The position numbers and the translations under genes are program-made. Under the pieces are notes generated by a model. It was not told the origin of the DNA, made no database searches, and worked only from the letters and a program-made list of their open reading frames with translations. A stretch of 64,000 nt of DNA from Bacteroidota bacterium. GTDB lineage: Bacteria > Bacteroidota > Ignavibacteria > UBA10030 > SZUA-254. Position 1 is the stretch's first letter. Every line of letters starts with the position of its first letter. Below are positions 26,729-37,016 of the stretch, in pieces. The stretch covers positions 54,677-118,676 of the forward strand of contig DATJGD010000039.1 in the NCBI GenBank assembly GCA_035495255.1, read 5' to 3'.

Positions 26729-27634
26729 TTAAGACTTCGGGTGAGCCTGATTGTATATACGTTTCAGCCGGTCTACTGTTACGTGCGTGTACAGCTGAGT
26801 TGTCGACAAACTTTCGTGGCCGAGGAGCTCCTTTACGGCACGGACATCGGCGCCCCGGTTGAGCAAGTGTGTCGCAAATGTATGTCGCAGGACGTGCGGG
26901 CTTCGTTGTTCCAGGTCCGATACCAATGAAATGTACTTCTTCACTATAAGATAGACTCCCTTCGCATACATGCGCCTGCCATGGCCGGTCAGGAGCACAG
27001 CCGGAACATCCTTTGGCGGGGTCGACGTCGTCACCATCTCTCCCCGCCTGCTGCACCAGGCAATATACGCATCTTTCGCTTTTTTCCCCAGCGGGACGAT
27101 GCGATGCTTCCTCCCCTTGCCGAGTACTTTCAGCGTGCCGTGGCGAACGTCGATATCCCCGAGATCAAGCTGAATGAGTTCGCCGAGCCTGATGCCGGTG
27201 CCATAGAGGAGTTCCAGGATGAGTTTGTCGCGAAGCCCCCCGATTGTCGCCACATCCGGCAGTGCCATCATGGTGTCAACGGAGGATTCTCCCAGGAATA
27301 CCGGTAATTTCTTTGGAAGGCGCGGGGAAACAACGTTAACAACAGGATTACGCTCGAGGTGCTTGTTCCGGACGAGATACTTGAAGTAGGACCGGACCGC
27401 CGATAGTTTTCTTGCGATGCTTTTCTTGCTCAGCTGATGATCGAGAAGATCGCCGAGAAACAGCCGTATCGTCAGCTGGTCGACGTTGCTCAGATCGACC
27501 GAAGCGCTCTGATAATGACGTTCGAGAAAACCGGAGAACTGCGAAAGGTCATCCTCATAGGAGGCAATGGTGTGCGGGGAATACTGACGTTCCTTTTGAA
27601 GGTGACGCAGATATGACCGTAGATGATCGTCCAT
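26729..27634 (-). CDS. Tyrosine site-specific recombinase, XerC/XerD type
   Basis: C-terminal catalytic box …SPHVLRHTFATHLLNRGADVRAVKELLGHESLSTTQLYTHV (R…HxxR…Y). Confidence 0.85.
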   Translation of the reverse strand: MDDHLRSYLRHLQKERQYSPHTIASYEDDLSQFSGFLERHYQSASVDLSNVDQLTIRLFLGDLLDHQLSKKSIARKLSAVRSYFKYLVRNKHLERNPVVNVVSPRLPKKLPVFLGESSVDTMMALPDVATIGGLRDKLILELLYGTGIRLGELIQLDLGDIDVRHGTLKVLGKGRKHRIVPLGKKAKDAYIAWCSRRGEMVTTSTPPKDVPAVLLTGHGRRMYAKGVYLIVKKYISLVSDLEQRSPHVLRHTFATHLLNRGADVRAVKELLGHESLSTTQLYTHVTVDRLKRIYNQAHPKS

Positions 27635-27639
27635 TCCGG

Positions 27640-29958
27640 TCAGGCGACCGCCGAAGCCTGTTCTTCTTTCTCAACCTCTGCTTTACACGCGGGACATTTG
27701 AGATATTCGCCCCGCTTTTGTGAATATTTCTGAACCATGTAGGGCGAACCGCAGGTGTCGCACACCTGGTTGACGGGTTTGTCCCACGAGGCGAAATCGC
27801 ATTCCGGATACCGTGAGCAGCCGTAAAATGTCCGCTTGCGTTTCGTCTTCCGTTCGATGAGATCCCCCTCCTTGCATTTCGGGCATTTGATTCCCATCGA
27901 GATCGGCTTCGTATTTTTGCAGTTCGGATAATTTGAGCAGCCGAGGAACGTGCCGAAGCGGCTTGAACGCACAAGCATGTCGCCGCCGCAAAGATCGCAT
28001 TTCATTCCGGCGAGATGCTGATGTTTTTCCTGGTCCTCGGGAAGCGGCTTCGTGTTCTTGCAGGCGGGATACCCGCTGCACGCCATGAACCGTCCGTTCC
28101 GTCCCCACTTGATGACCATCGGTTTGCCGCACAGCTCACATGGCTGTTCGGTGATTTCCTGAAGCGACTTCTTAATTTCCGTGGCGATTTTTGAAACCTT
28201 CTCCAGCGACCGGCTGAACGGGATATAGAAATCGTCCATAACCTTTCTGTACTCCTGCTTGCCGCTCGCGATCGTGTCGAGCTCTTCTTCCATCTGGGCG
28301 GTGAACTTCACGCTGAACACTTCCGGAAAATTGGAGGTCAGCATCTTGTTGACTTCCATTCCGAGGTCCATTGCGTAGAGCCTCCGCTCGCGCTGTTCTA
28401 CATATTTCCGGTCCATGATCGTCCCCACGATCATCGCATAGGTACTCGGACGGCCGATGCCCAGTGCTTCGAGCGTCTTGACAAGGCTGCTCTCGGTGTA
28501 GCGCGGCGGCGGGGAGGTTTCATGGGCATGCTGCACGGTGCTTTGCAGCGCCAGGCTCTGCCCGGGCGCGGCGTCCGAAGGAAGCTTATCGGTCGCCTCA
28601 TCGCCGTCGGGCTCAGGCTGCTCATCCTCTTCCTCTTCGTACGCCTGGAGAAAACCTCGGAAGAGATGCCGGGAGGCAGTCGCCTTAAATACGTAGGACC
28701 CGCCTTCGACAAGAACAGTCGTAGACTCCAATACCGCCGCTTCCATCTGGCTCGCGATAAACCTCTTCCAGATGAGCTCGTAGAGGCGGAAAAGATCTTT
28801 ATCGAGATACTTCTTCACCGCTGCCGGGTGATGCTTGGTTGCGGTGGGCCGGATCGCCTCGTGAGCATCCTGTGAAGTCTTCTTCTTTTTGTATTGATGA
28901 GGATGCTTGGGGACGTACTCTTTGCCGTAGTTCTCAAAAATGTATTCCCGGGCGGCGGTCACTGCGTCGTCGCTCAACCGCGTCGAATCCGTACGCATGT
29001 ACGTGATGAGGCCGACGAGCCCCTCGCTTCCGATTTCCTGTCCTTCGTAAAGTTTCTGTGCAAGCATCATCGTACGCTTAGCCGAGAAGCCGAGCTTGCG
29101 CGAGGCTTCCTGCTGCAACGTACTCGTAATGAACGGCGCGTAGGGATTTCGCTTCGATTCCCTCTTCTGAACATCGGCGACGGAGAATGATTGCTTTTTT
29201 ATCTTTTCAAGGTGCTTCTGCGCTTCCGCTTCTGAAGGGATGTACGTGAATTTATCCCGGGTCCCTTTGTGCTGCAATTCGGCCAGGGTTTCCTTGGAAG
29301 GCACGAAGAGCTCCTGCGAGTCTATCTTATGGAGCTTCGCATAAAACGATTCTTTATTGCGGGTAGAAAACTCGCCGATAATGGTCCAGTATCCCGTCGG
29401 TACGAACGCCCGGATTTGCTGCTCCCGTTCGGAGATAAGGCGAAGCGCGACAGACTGGACGCGGCCTGCCGAAAGGCCGTAAAAGAAGGTCTTCCAGACA
29501 AGGGGGGTCACTTTATAGCCGACGATCCTGTCCATGACGCGGCGGGCACGCTGGGCGGAGACGAGGTTTTCGTCGAGCTTCTGCGGCTGTTCCATGGCTT
29601 CGGTGACGCCGCGCTCGGTAATTTCGTGGAAAAGTACGCGAAAAATATTGCTGTTGTCATCGGAAATTTCCTCGGCAATGTCGGCCGCAATGGCTTCACC
29701 CTCGCGGTCCGGATCGGTCGCGATGAATACTTTGTCCGCTTTCTTCGCCGCATCGCGCAGCTTGTCGACGACCTCTTCTTTTCCTTCGATCATGTGAAAC
29801 GTCGGTTCGTACCCGTTCTCCACATCAACTCCCAACGAACTCTTGGGAAGATTTTTGATGTGGCCTACCGACGCATGAACGACGTAATCTTTTCCGAGAT
29901 ACTTATTGATTGTCTTCGCCTTCGCGGGCGATTCAACGATAATTAACGATTTTTCCAT
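27640..29958 (-). CDS. topA: DNA topoisomerase I with C-terminal C4 zinc ribbons
   Basis: TOPRIM N-terminus MEKSLIIVESPAKAKTINKYLG…; …IATDPDREGEAIA…; catalytic region …GLITYMRTDSTRLS…; three C-terminal CxxC…CxxC zinc fingers. Confidence 0.95.
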   Translation of the reverse strand: MEKSLIIVESPAKAKTINKYLGKDYVVHASVGHIKNLPKSSLGVDVENGYEPTFHMIEGKEEVVDKLRDAAKKADKVFIATDPDREGEAIAADIAEEISDDNSNIFRVLFHEITERGVTEAMEQPQKLDENLVSAQRARRVMDRIVGYKVTPLVWKTFFYGLSAGRVQSVALRLISEREQQIRAFVPTGYWTIIGEFSTRNKESFYAKLHKIDSQELFVPSKETLAELQHKGTRDKFTYIPSEAEAQKHLEKIKKQSFSVADVQKRESKRNPYAPFITSTLQQEASRKLGFSAKRTMMLAQKLYEGQEIGSEGLVGLITYMRTDSTRLSDDAVTAAREYIFENYGKEYVPKHPHQYKKKKTSQDAHEAIRPTATKHHPAAVKKYLDKDLFRLYELIWKRFIASQMEAAVLESTTVLVEGGSYVFKATASRHLFRGFLQAYEEEEDEQPEPDGDEATDKLPSDAAPGQSLALQSTVQHAHETSPPPRYTESSLVKTLEALGIGRPSTYAMIVGTIMDRKYVEQRERRLYAMDLGMEVNKMLTSNFPEVFSVKFTAQMEEELDTIASGKQEYRKVMDDFYIPFSRSLEKVSKIATEIKKSLQEITEQPCELCGKPMVIKWGRNGRFMACSGYPACKNTKPLPEDQEKHQHLAGMKCDLCGGDMLVRSSRFGTFLGCSNYPNCKNTKPISMGIKCPKCKEGDLIERKTKRKRTFYGCSRYPECDFASWDKPVNQVCDTCGSPYMVQKYSQKRGEYLKCPACKAEVEKEEQASAVA

Positions 29959-30002
29959 CGATTCAAAGTTAAATTAATCAATTCCCACCGTAAACTATGG
30001 TA

Positions 30003-30422
30003 TCAGTCCAACAAAAGCAAGTATCGGTCTTCGAGACGTGACATGCGTTTCTTGTTGCGCTCCGTGGAATCGTCATATCCAAGGAGGTGAAGAGCTCCAT
30101 GAATCACGAGCCTCGCGAGCTCGGCCTTGTAGGTCGCCTTGAACTTCCGCGCCTGCCGGCGCGCCTGGTCGATGTTGACATACACCTCCCCTTCGAGCGG
30201 TTCGCCGGGATTATGAAGCGGGAATGAGAGCACATCTGTCGTGTAATTATGCCGCAGATATGTCGCGTTGAGCTCAACCATGCGCTTATCATTCACAAAG
30301 ATAACGCTGCACTTTGCCGTGCGGGTTCCTTCGCGGGCAAAGACGCTTTGCGCTAACTTCCTGAAAACCGAATTTTGGACTTTGTATCTGGGGTGAGTGT
30401 TGAAGACCGATACCAGCGTCAT
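30003..30422 (-). CDS. ybeY: rRNA maturation endoribonuclease YbeY
   Basis: HGALHLLGYDD metal-binding motif; 139 aa. Confidence 0.9.
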   Translation of the reverse strand: MTLVSVFNTHPRYKVQNSVFRKLAQSVFAREGTRTAKCSVIFVNDKRMVELNATYLRHNYTTDVLSFPLHNPGEPLEGEVYVNIDQARRQARKFKATYKAELARLVIHGALHLLGYDDSTERNKKRMSRLEDRYLLLLD

Positions 30423-30883
30423 CGCCTCGATTTTTTTGCCTTCACAGTTCGCTCAGGGAGCAGAGTCTCCGTCAACGAGAGCGCGATCCCCGAGAGCATG
30501 ACCTCCGGCCCCAGGCGCGTGAAATCGCCCGAGAGCATTGCGCGGTCAACGTTCGCATACAAGGAGCATCCTCCCTCTTTTTCTATAATAAGCCCTGAGA
30601 GCATGCCCTCATGCTCTCCGATAAACGTCACTTCGTTGAGCATCGAACTCACGACGAACCCGGAGCAGAAATGGAGCTGAAGGTGCGTGCTCGGCGTATA
30701 CACCGAAACGAGGTTTCCTCTGCGGTTTCCGATCGCGATATTGGGATAGATTTCCACGGCAAGCTTCCGGTGCTCACCGTCGTTCCGGATTTCATACCGG
30801 ATATTGTTCCCCTTCTGCTTGGCCGGAACACCGAGTATTTTGCTGAGTTTCTTAAAGTCGCGCGAGGTAAATACAAATGACAT
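30419..30883 (-). CDS. Hypothetical protein co-transcribed with ybeY/topA
   Basis: 154 aa, no recognisable motifs; 4-nt overlap with ybeY. Confidence 0.4.
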   Translation of the reverse strand: MSFVFTSRDFKKLSKILGVPAKQKGNNIRYEIRNDGEHRKLAVEIYPNIAIGNRRGNLVSVYTPSTHLQLHFCSGFVVSSMLNEVTFIGEHEGMLSGLIIEKEGGCSLYANVDRAMLSGDFTRLGPEVMLSGIALSLTETLLPERTVKAKKSRR

Positions 30884-30906
30884 CAGATGCCTTTCAATGA
30901 AACAAT

Positions 30907-30950
30907 AAAAAAACCCCGACTGTCTTCCTGCTGCAGGTCAACATTCGGGG
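30907..30950 (-). terminator. Rho-independent terminator of the cold-shock gene
   Basis: Minus strand: CCCCGA…(loop)…TCGGGG followed by TTTTTTTATTG; 25 nt after the csp stop. Confidence 0.65.
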
Positions 30951-30974
30951 AGGAAGTATGTGCCTCATCGGCAG

Positions 30975-31214
30975 TTACTTCGGCAGCACCATGACATTCA
31001 GGGCTTGCAGGCCGCGCTTGCCCTCCGTCAGGTCGAACGATACTGCCATACCCTCTTTGAGGGTCTTAAATTCGTTCTCAGTCTTAATCGCGGTGTAGTG
31101 TACAAAAATATCTCCTGCGACACCGTTCTCCACGGGTAAAATAAAGCCATAACCCTTCTTGCTGTCAAACCATTTTACTTTTCCAGTTGCCATGCGGGTA
31201 CGTCCCCTCCTCAA
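30975..31214 (-). CDS. Cold-shock protein (CspA family); true start MATGKVKWF at 31193
   Basis: RNP-1/RNP-2 motifs KGYGFI and VHYTAI; 72 aa from MATGKV. Confidence 0.9.
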   Translation of the reverse strand: MRRGRTRMATGKVKWFDSKKGYGFILPVENGVAGDIFVHYTAIKTENEFKTLKEGMAVSFDLTEGKRGLQALNVMVLPK

Positions 31215-31398
31215 GAATTATTGCGACAATTGAACTGAATTGGAATTCGATTTCAAAGCCAGGACATGCTGATGAATGATGGGCCATCAGATGACATCAA
31301 GAGTTTTGTGTTGTACCGCCGAAAACACTGTCGGAAATATACTACTTCATCCCCATCATTGTCAAGTGTTTTGGCAGAAAACAGGGCGTTGCTCCCCG

Positions 31399-32295
31399 CT
31401 AAATCTCGATCGCCATCCCTTCGACGGCCGCCGTGCATTCAAATTCATAATGGCGGTTTCGAATCTCGTTTTGACACTTTTTCAGAATATCGTCGACTTT
31501 TTCATCATTGTGCGCAGGGTCGTGGTGAAAGAGCACCAGCTTTTTCACTTGCCCTTCAGCGGCAACCTTGAGCGTGAACAGGTAATGGGAATGCCCCCAT
31601 CCTACCCTGTTGACATATTCCTCCGGGGTATACGTGGCGTCATGAATGAGAACGTCGGCCCCGCGGACGAAATCAAAGATCCGCTGGTTCGGATCTCCTT
31701 TGAGAACGGTATACTTCTCGATGATCGTCTTCTCGACGTTCCGCATGGCTTCGGCGACACGCCGGTCGAACGGCTCGTTGTCGCTGATGTAGACAAGCGA
31801 TTTTCCCCCCTGGGTGATCCTGTAGCCGATCGCGAACGTCGGATGATTGAGATAGATTGTCTGCACGGTGGCGTCGGACACTTCGAAACATTCTTCCTGG
31901 ACTTTCCGGAATTTGAGATTGGCTTTCAGCTCGTTCAGCTGAATGGGAAAATAGATCTTGTTCATCTGGTCGGAGATCATTTTCTGAAGCGAAACCTTCT
32001 CGGTCTCCCCTCCGACGATCGTAAACTCATTCCCGGAGATGAACGCAGGCTTGAAAAACGGGAATCCCTGGATGTGGTCCCAGTGCGGATGGGAGATGAG
32101 GATGTGCGCTTTGAATGATTCGCCGCTCTCGATGAGCGCCTCGCCGAGATTTCTGATCCCGGTGCCGGCGTCGAGGATAATAAGTTCGTCGTTGGAAAGC
32201 CTCAGCTCGATGCAGGGGGTGTTGCCGCCGTACCGGACGGTCTCTTTCCCGGGGGTGGAAATAGAGCCCCGCGTTCCCCAAAACTTCAGTCGCAT
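31399..32295 (-). CDS. MBL-fold metallo-hydrolase
   Basis: HxHxDH motif …HILISHPHWDHIQGFPFF…; N-terminus MRLKFWGTRGS…LDAGTG. Confidence 0.75.
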   Translation of the reverse strand: MRLKFWGTRGSISTPGKETVRYGGNTPCIELRLSNDELIILDAGTGIRNLGEALIESGESFKAHILISHPHWDHIQGFPFFKPAFISGNEFTIVGGETEKVSLQKMISDQMNKIYFPIQLNELKANLKFRKVQEECFEVSDATVQTIYLNHPTFAIGYRITQGGKSLVYISDNEPFDRRVAEAMRNVEKTIIEKYTVLKGDPNQRIFDFVRGADVLIHDATYTPEEYVNRVGWGHSHYLFTLKVAAEGQVKKLVLFHHDPAHNDEKVDDILKKCQNEIRNRHYEFECTAAVEGMAIEI

Positions 32296-32302
32296 ATGCC
32301 GG

Positions 32303-32818
32303 TCACGAGCTATGATCTCTGTACGTTTTCACATAGTCGACATAATTTTGCGCGGACTCCTCGAGCATGGTTCGTTCCTGTTGCGTCAGAGGCCGCACAA
32401 CTTTCGCAGGAACACCGGCGACGAGAACCCCTTCCGGCACGACAGTATTATTGAGCACCACTGCGCCTGCGGCAACGAGAGTATAGGAATTAATTTTTGC
32501 ATTATCAAGGACGATCGCCCCCATGCCGATGAGGCACGTATCGCCGATCGTGCAGGCGTGCGCAATGGCGCCGTGGCCCATGGTGACATTGTTCCCGATG
32601 TGCAGCGGAAATTGTTTATGGCGGACATGAAGCAGACAGCCATCCTGGATGTTCGTCCGTTCTCCGATCCTGATGGTATTGACGTCCCCGCGGATCACGG
32701 CATTATACCAGATGCTCGAGTCCTTGCCGATCTCCACGTCTCCGATGATCTGCGCGCTCTCGACCGCGAACACCGTCGGATGAAGTTTGGGGCTGATTCC
32801 CCGGTAGGCATGGATCAC
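32303..32818 (-). CDS. Gamma-class carbonic anhydrase-family / hexapeptide-repeat (LbH) protein
   Basis: Left-handed beta-helix hexapeptide repeats (…IGDVEIGKDSSIWYNAVIRGDVNTIRIGERTNIQDGCLLH…). Confidence 0.8.
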   Translation of the reverse strand: MIHAYRGISPKLHPTVFAVESAQIIGDVEIGKDSSIWYNAVIRGDVNTIRIGERTNIQDGCLLHVRHKQFPLHIGNNVTMGHGAIAHACTIGDTCLIGMGAIVLDNAKINSYTLVAAGAVVLNNTVVPEGVLVAGVPAKVVRPLTQQERTMLEESAQNYVDYVKTYRDHSS

Positions 32819-33690
32819 TTGCCTGCCTCAACGTATCGGGGAGGGTTCCAGTTCGCGCGTTTCCATTTCATAAGCTCAATGCGAATGTTCCCGATGACCA
32901 CTTTCATCTTCGCAACGATGGGCACCCGCGCCGCATCGTTGCTGAACCATCCTTCAAAGGCGCCGCTCAGTCCGAGAATGCCGACAAAGCCGGCTTCGCC
33001 TTCGAAATGCACCACGTCGATCGGGTACTTGACGGCGTCGATCTCCTCCTTCGATCTGTCCCCCTTGAAGTCGATCGTCGCGACTCCTTTTTTCTCGTTG
33101 ACGATCGTGGGGATGTTCATTTTCTTTTTTGAAAAGAGATGTACGCGGGCGAGATAGAAGAGTGAGAGTCCGTCCTGATCGAGCGTATCGATGTTCAGCG
33201 TATCCCGATTATTCACGCGTTTGGCCTCCCAATCACCATGCTCGATGTACAATTTGTGCCTGGGGTATGTGTACGTGTACTGGTAATAGTCCCACTTCTT
33301 GTCCTCTTTGTGCCGGCTGAGGAACCACGTCGAATACATCTTCTGATGAATGGTGTCTTCATAGATGGCGTGGACATTGACGAGGGGAACACCCTTGTAC
33401 GAATCGATGTGGGCGGCCGCCTTGTAGTACGTCGTACCGTTCCGCACATCCTTTCCTACGAGGACGATGCGAACCTGGCCGGCGTCGAACGAAGCGTAGC
33501 TGACATTATAGGTAAGCTCTTCGCCGACCTGAAAGACTGAATCAGGTGCGGCGAAGGAAAAAGTCTTTGTTTCTGAGGTGGTCACCAGCCGGTCAGTCGC
33601 GGGACGGAACGCCCCGAGGAAGAGGACCGACATCCATGCCAAGGCGATGACTGCGAATACAGGCAAGGATGGGGTGCGCAGTATCGACAT
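32815..33690 (-). CDS. Secreted hypothetical protein (DUF3108-like)
   Basis: Signal peptide; beta-rich; no catalytic motifs recognised. 291 aa. Confidence 0.4.
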   Translation of the reverse strand: MSILRTPSLPVFAVIALAWMSVLFLGAFRPATDRLVTTSETKTFSFAAPDSVFQVGEELTYNVSYASFDAGQVRIVLVGKDVRNGTTYYKAAAHIDSYKGVPLVNVHAIYEDTIHQKMYSTWFLSRHKEDKKWDYYQYTYTYPRHKLYIEHGDWEAKRVNNRDTLNIDTLDQDGLSLFYLARVHLFSKKKMNIPTIVNEKKGVATIDFKGDRSKEEIDAVKYPIDVVHFEGEAGFVGILGLSGAFEGWFSNDAARVPIVAKMKVVIGNIRIELMKWKRANWNPPRYVEAGK

Positions 33691-33711
33691 CAGCCGGCAG
33701 TGATGTTGAGC

Positions 33712-35391
33712 TTAACGGAGTCCGGCGATCTTCTCTGCTTCCGGGAAAAGCTGCAACGCTTTCTGAAATTGGACATCGTCGGAACGCATGATGAGGTACC
33801 ATCCGTCGTTGCCGTACAGATCCCGCGCGATTTCAGCTTTGATGCGTGACTTCACGTAGGACTTATCTTTGTCGAACTCGTCGTCCTTCACCGTTATCCC
33901 CTTCTTCTTCGCCAGTTCGGTGAATTCCTTCAACATATCGTCGTTGACAGAGACACTGGAGAGGAACTTCGGCATGTCCTTTTCGTAATCTTTGCGCAGC
34001 TGCTTGCTGTTCCGGTCCATGTAGGAAGTCTTGTATTCGGTGAACACGCCCTTGCTGAGGAGCTGAACGACAAGAGGCGACGCTTTTTCCGACTTCACGA
34101 TATAATCGGGAGTGATCCCGCCGCCGCCGTACACTTTTCGGCCGGCCGCCGTCTTGAAGACAGGCCGCGTCGAATCCTTCTCTTCTTTATGCTGGTAGTT
34201 CTCACCCTCTTCCTCTTCGAGCTCGCCCGGCGCTTTACGATAGTCGTCAAAACTCGTTCCGTACGGGCGCTGTATCAGGCGGCCTGTCGGAGTGTAATAC
34301 CGCGCGATGGTGAGACGCACCGCCGACTTATCCGACAACGTGAACTGACGCTGCACGAGTCCTTTGCCGTACGTCGTTTCGCCGACGATGAGCCCGCGAT
34401 CCCAGTCCTGAATCGCGCCGGAAACGATCTCGCTGGCGGAAGCGGATCCGTGATTCACGAGAACGATGAGAGTAACGTTTTCAAATTTTCCGCCTTTGCT
34501 GACATACGCTTCATTGAAATCGGAGCGTCGTCCCATCGTATAGACGACCTTCTTTCCCTGCGGCAAGAGCTCATCGGCCATCATGAACGCCTGCTCAAGA
34601 TATCCGCCGGGATTGTTCCGCAGATCGACGATCAATCGTTTCATTCCCTCCGCACGCAATTTCGTGAGGGCTGTGACAAATTCCTCGTGCGTCGTCGCAG
34701 AGAACCGGTTGACGCTGACATAGCCGATATTCTTATCGACCATGAACGAAGCGTCGACGCTGAAGAGCGGTATCTTATCTCTGGTGATGTCGAAATCTGT
34801 GAGATTTTTGTCGCCGGGACGGTAGATGGAAACTTTCACGTGCGTCCCTTTTGGCCCGCGCAGCTTCTTGGGGACCATTTCCCGGGTGATGCCTATGGCT
34901 GAAGTGTCGTTAATTTTCAAAATTTTGTCTCCGGCAAGGATCCCAAGGCGCTCGCTTGGCCCGCCGGGGACGGGGGACATGACGATGAGCGTATCGTTCT
35001 GAACGTCGAATTCGACTCCGATACCCTCAAAACTTCCTTCAAAGCGTTCCGCCTCCACCGCAGTCTGCGGCGGCGTGAGATAGACAGAGTGAGGATCGAG
35101 ATTATTCAACAGGCCGGTGATCGCACCTTCGACGAGCTTGGAGGTGTTGACCGTATCGACATAATACTTATCGGTGAGACTCAGGACATCCTGGAACTTC
35201 TTGAGCTGATCGTAGATATTATCTGCAGAAATGACATCATTGACACGCATTCCGAGGAGCAGCGCAACGGCAATGACAACGGACATCGTGACGGCGGAAA
35301 ATCGCTTTTTCATAAGAACCTCGTTCAAATTTGCTTTCAAAATGATATCCAAAAAACGTGTTAAAGTCAAATGTTTTATGCCGCAGATCAA
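33712..35391 (-). CDS. Carboxyl-terminal processing protease (S41 family) with PDZ domain; probable start MKKRFSAV at ~35313
   Basis: PDZ (…GILAGDKILKINDT…); S41 core …LIVDLRNNPGGYL…GSASASEIVSGAIQD…GETTYGKGLVQ…. Confidence 0.85.
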   Translation of the reverse strand: MICGIKHLTLTRFLDIILKANLNEVLMKKRFSAVTMSVVIAVALLLGMRVNDVISADNIYDQLKKFQDVLSLTDKYYVDTVNTSKLVEGAITGLLNNLDPHSVYLTPPQTAVEAERFEGSFEGIGVEFDVQNDTLIVMSPVPGGPSERLGILAGDKILKINDTSAIGITREMVPKKLRGPKGTHVKVSIYRPGDKNLTDFDITRDKIPLFSVDASFMVDKNIGYVSVNRFSATTHEEFVTALTKLRAEGMKRLIVDLRNNPGGYLEQAFMMADELLPQGKKVVYTMGRRSDFNEAYVSKGGKFENVTLIVLVNHGSASASEIVSGAIQDWDRGLIVGETTYGKGLVQRQFTLSDKSAVRLTIARYYTPTGRLIQRPYGTSFDDYRKAPGELEEEEGENYQHKEEKDSTRPVFKTAAGRKVYGGGGITPDYIVKSEKASPLVVQLLSKGVFTEYKTSYMDRNSKQLRKDYEKDMPKFLSSVSVNDDMLKEFTELAKKKGITVKDDEFDKDKSYVKSRIKAEIARDLYGNDGWYLIMRSDDVQFQKALQLFPEAEKIAGLR

Positions 35392-35392
35392 C

Positions 35393-36199
35393 TCATCGGA
35401 TCGGCATCCATCGCCTTGACAGCGACCGTTTCAGGAACAAGACGCAGATCGCGTTCGCGAACCACAATGCGCTCACCCGCAGATACCCGTACGCCCGGTA
35501 TCGGCGGGGGGACTCATATAATAGTAACGTTTTTACGAATGCGATGTTCCCCATCCGCCTCAGTCGCAGGAAGAACTCATAATCCTCGCCTGCCACAACG
35601 GCATCGTTATAACCTCCGGAGCGCTCAAACACCGATTTTCGGAGAACATGGCATTCTCCTCTTCCCATGCCCATGCCGATCATATTGAGAACATGGCAGT
35701 ACCAGTTAAAACTCCTGTGGAATAATCTGTCGGGGAGGGTCTCTTCTTCAGGATTGACAAGGACAGGGCACGTTGCGGCAGCGACTGCGGGGTCGGCGAC
35801 GGATTCTGCCATGACCGCGATAAACCGTGCGGGTTCAACCAGGCGGACGTCGGCGTTCAAAAACATAACAATTTCCCCGCGCGCCGCCATTGCCCCCGCG
35901 TTCCGCCCGGCCGCAATAGTCTGTTCTTTGTCGGAGACGATGACAAGGTCGGCAAGAGGACGGGCCAGGGCGGCAGTCGCGTCGGTGCTCCCTCCGTCGC
36001 TCACGATGAGCTCAGCGCCGCAGCGTTCACGCAACTCGGGGCAAAACTGGCGAAGAGTCTGCTCAATGTACCTCTCTTCCTGAAAGGTCGGCACGATAAT
36101 ACTGATGCGCGGGGACTTCATAGAGTGGCGGTGTTCCTTCGGGCCTCCGCAAAGATCGTTGAGGTTGGTACGCGGTGCCCCTCCCTGTTGACTGTACAA
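35393..36199 (-). CDS. Glycosyltransferase family 2; probable start MKSPRISIIVPTF at ~36121
   Basis: ISIIVPTFQEERYIEQTL…SDGGSTD… GT-A DxD-type fold. Confidence 0.75.
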   Translation of the reverse strand: MYSQQGGAPRTNLNDLCGGPKEHRHSMKSPRISIIVPTFQEERYIEQTLRQFCPELRERCGAELIVSDGGSTDATAALARPLADLVIVSDKEQTIAAGRNAGAMAARGEIVMFLNADVRLVEPARFIAVMAESVADPAVAAATCPVLVNPEEETLPDRLFHRSFNWYCHVLNMIGMGMGRGECHVLRKSVFERSGGYNDAVVAGEDYEFFLRLRRMGNIAFVKTLLLYESPRRYRAYGYLRVSALWFANAICVLFLKRSLSRRWMPIR

Positions 36200-36221
36200 C
36201 TCAGGATATGGCCGTCAACTC

Positions 36222-37016
36222 TTATGGCTGTTGACTACCCGAGCAACCTCCCGGAGGGGGCGGACAGGAAGGTCCCCTTCCGCAGAGATAGCAGATATGC
36301 CCGATGACAGTGAAGTCTTTCGGCGACGCGACGATGTAGCCGAGACGGTCGTACACGTTTAACGACGATTCAACGACGAAGCCTTCGGGATCGGAACACA
36401 CGATGTTGTAGTCGCAGATGCGCTCGTCGGGATAGGTGTAATTCATCTCGTTCGGATGCGCGACGTAGATGCTGTCATCCGTTTTCAAATCCCATATCGC
36501 GTCCACGGTGAACCGCTGTCCCGGGAGGAGCAGCATTCTTCCGCTGTGGATGAGATCGCGGGAGGTAAAATTCTGCAGCGTGAGATACATCGTCCGGAAC
36601 CGGTCGGGTTTTCGCTTCCACCAGATGCGCAGGGAACCTTTGATGTCGACCGAGTCCTGAAATACTTCGTCGAAAATATTCTCCCCTGTGAGCTGAATAT
36701 GGACCGCCTGATGTCCGGGAGGAGCCTGCCGGTCGTTCAGCTGCTCGACTTTGGAAACGTACAGCGACAGAATGTTCGTCGGCGCTACGTAGACCGGAAG
36801 TTTCTCATTGCACGAGAGGCTGAGAAATCCGGCCACTGCCGGAATCGCAAAAAGGGCACGGCGTAAATATTTTTTTATCGTCATTGGCATTGTGGTAACC
36901 TTAAAGTTCATATCGCATCCCGACAGAAACGCGGCGAGGTTCATAATACGCAGAAGGATCGCCCAGCTGGCCGCCGATTCTTCCGTTGGCGTCGGACCAT
37001 TTGGCGTTCTCGGCAT
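36222..37016 (-). CDS. Lipoprotein, hypothetical; probable start MPMTIKKYL… at ~36890; Cys/Pro-rich C-terminus
   Basis: Lipobox GFLSLSC; C-terminus …ICYLCGRGPSCPPPPGGCSGSQQP; immediately downstream of the TonB-dependent receptor. Confidence 0.45.
   Translation of the reverse strand: MPRTPNGPTPTEESAASWAILLRIMNLAAFLSGCDMNFKVTTMPMTIKKYLRRALFAIPAVAGFLSLSCNEKLPVYVAPTNILSLYVSKVEQLNDRQAPPGHQAVHIQLTGENIFDEVFQDSVDIKGSLRIWWKRKPDRFRTMYLTLQNFTSRDLIHSGRMLLLPGQRFTVDAIWDLKTDDSIYVAHPNEMNYTYPDERICDYNIVCSDPEGFVVESSLNVYDRLGYIVASPKDFTVIGHICYLCGRGPSCPPPPGGCSGSQQP

Noticed and set aside
26729-27634. Tyrosine recombinase as marker of an integrated mobile element
   Set aside because: It sits inside a housekeeping operon (hprK-hpf-xerC/D-topA-ybeY) with no phage, IS or att-like repeats nearby. 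This is consistent with the chromosomal dimer-resolution recombinase.
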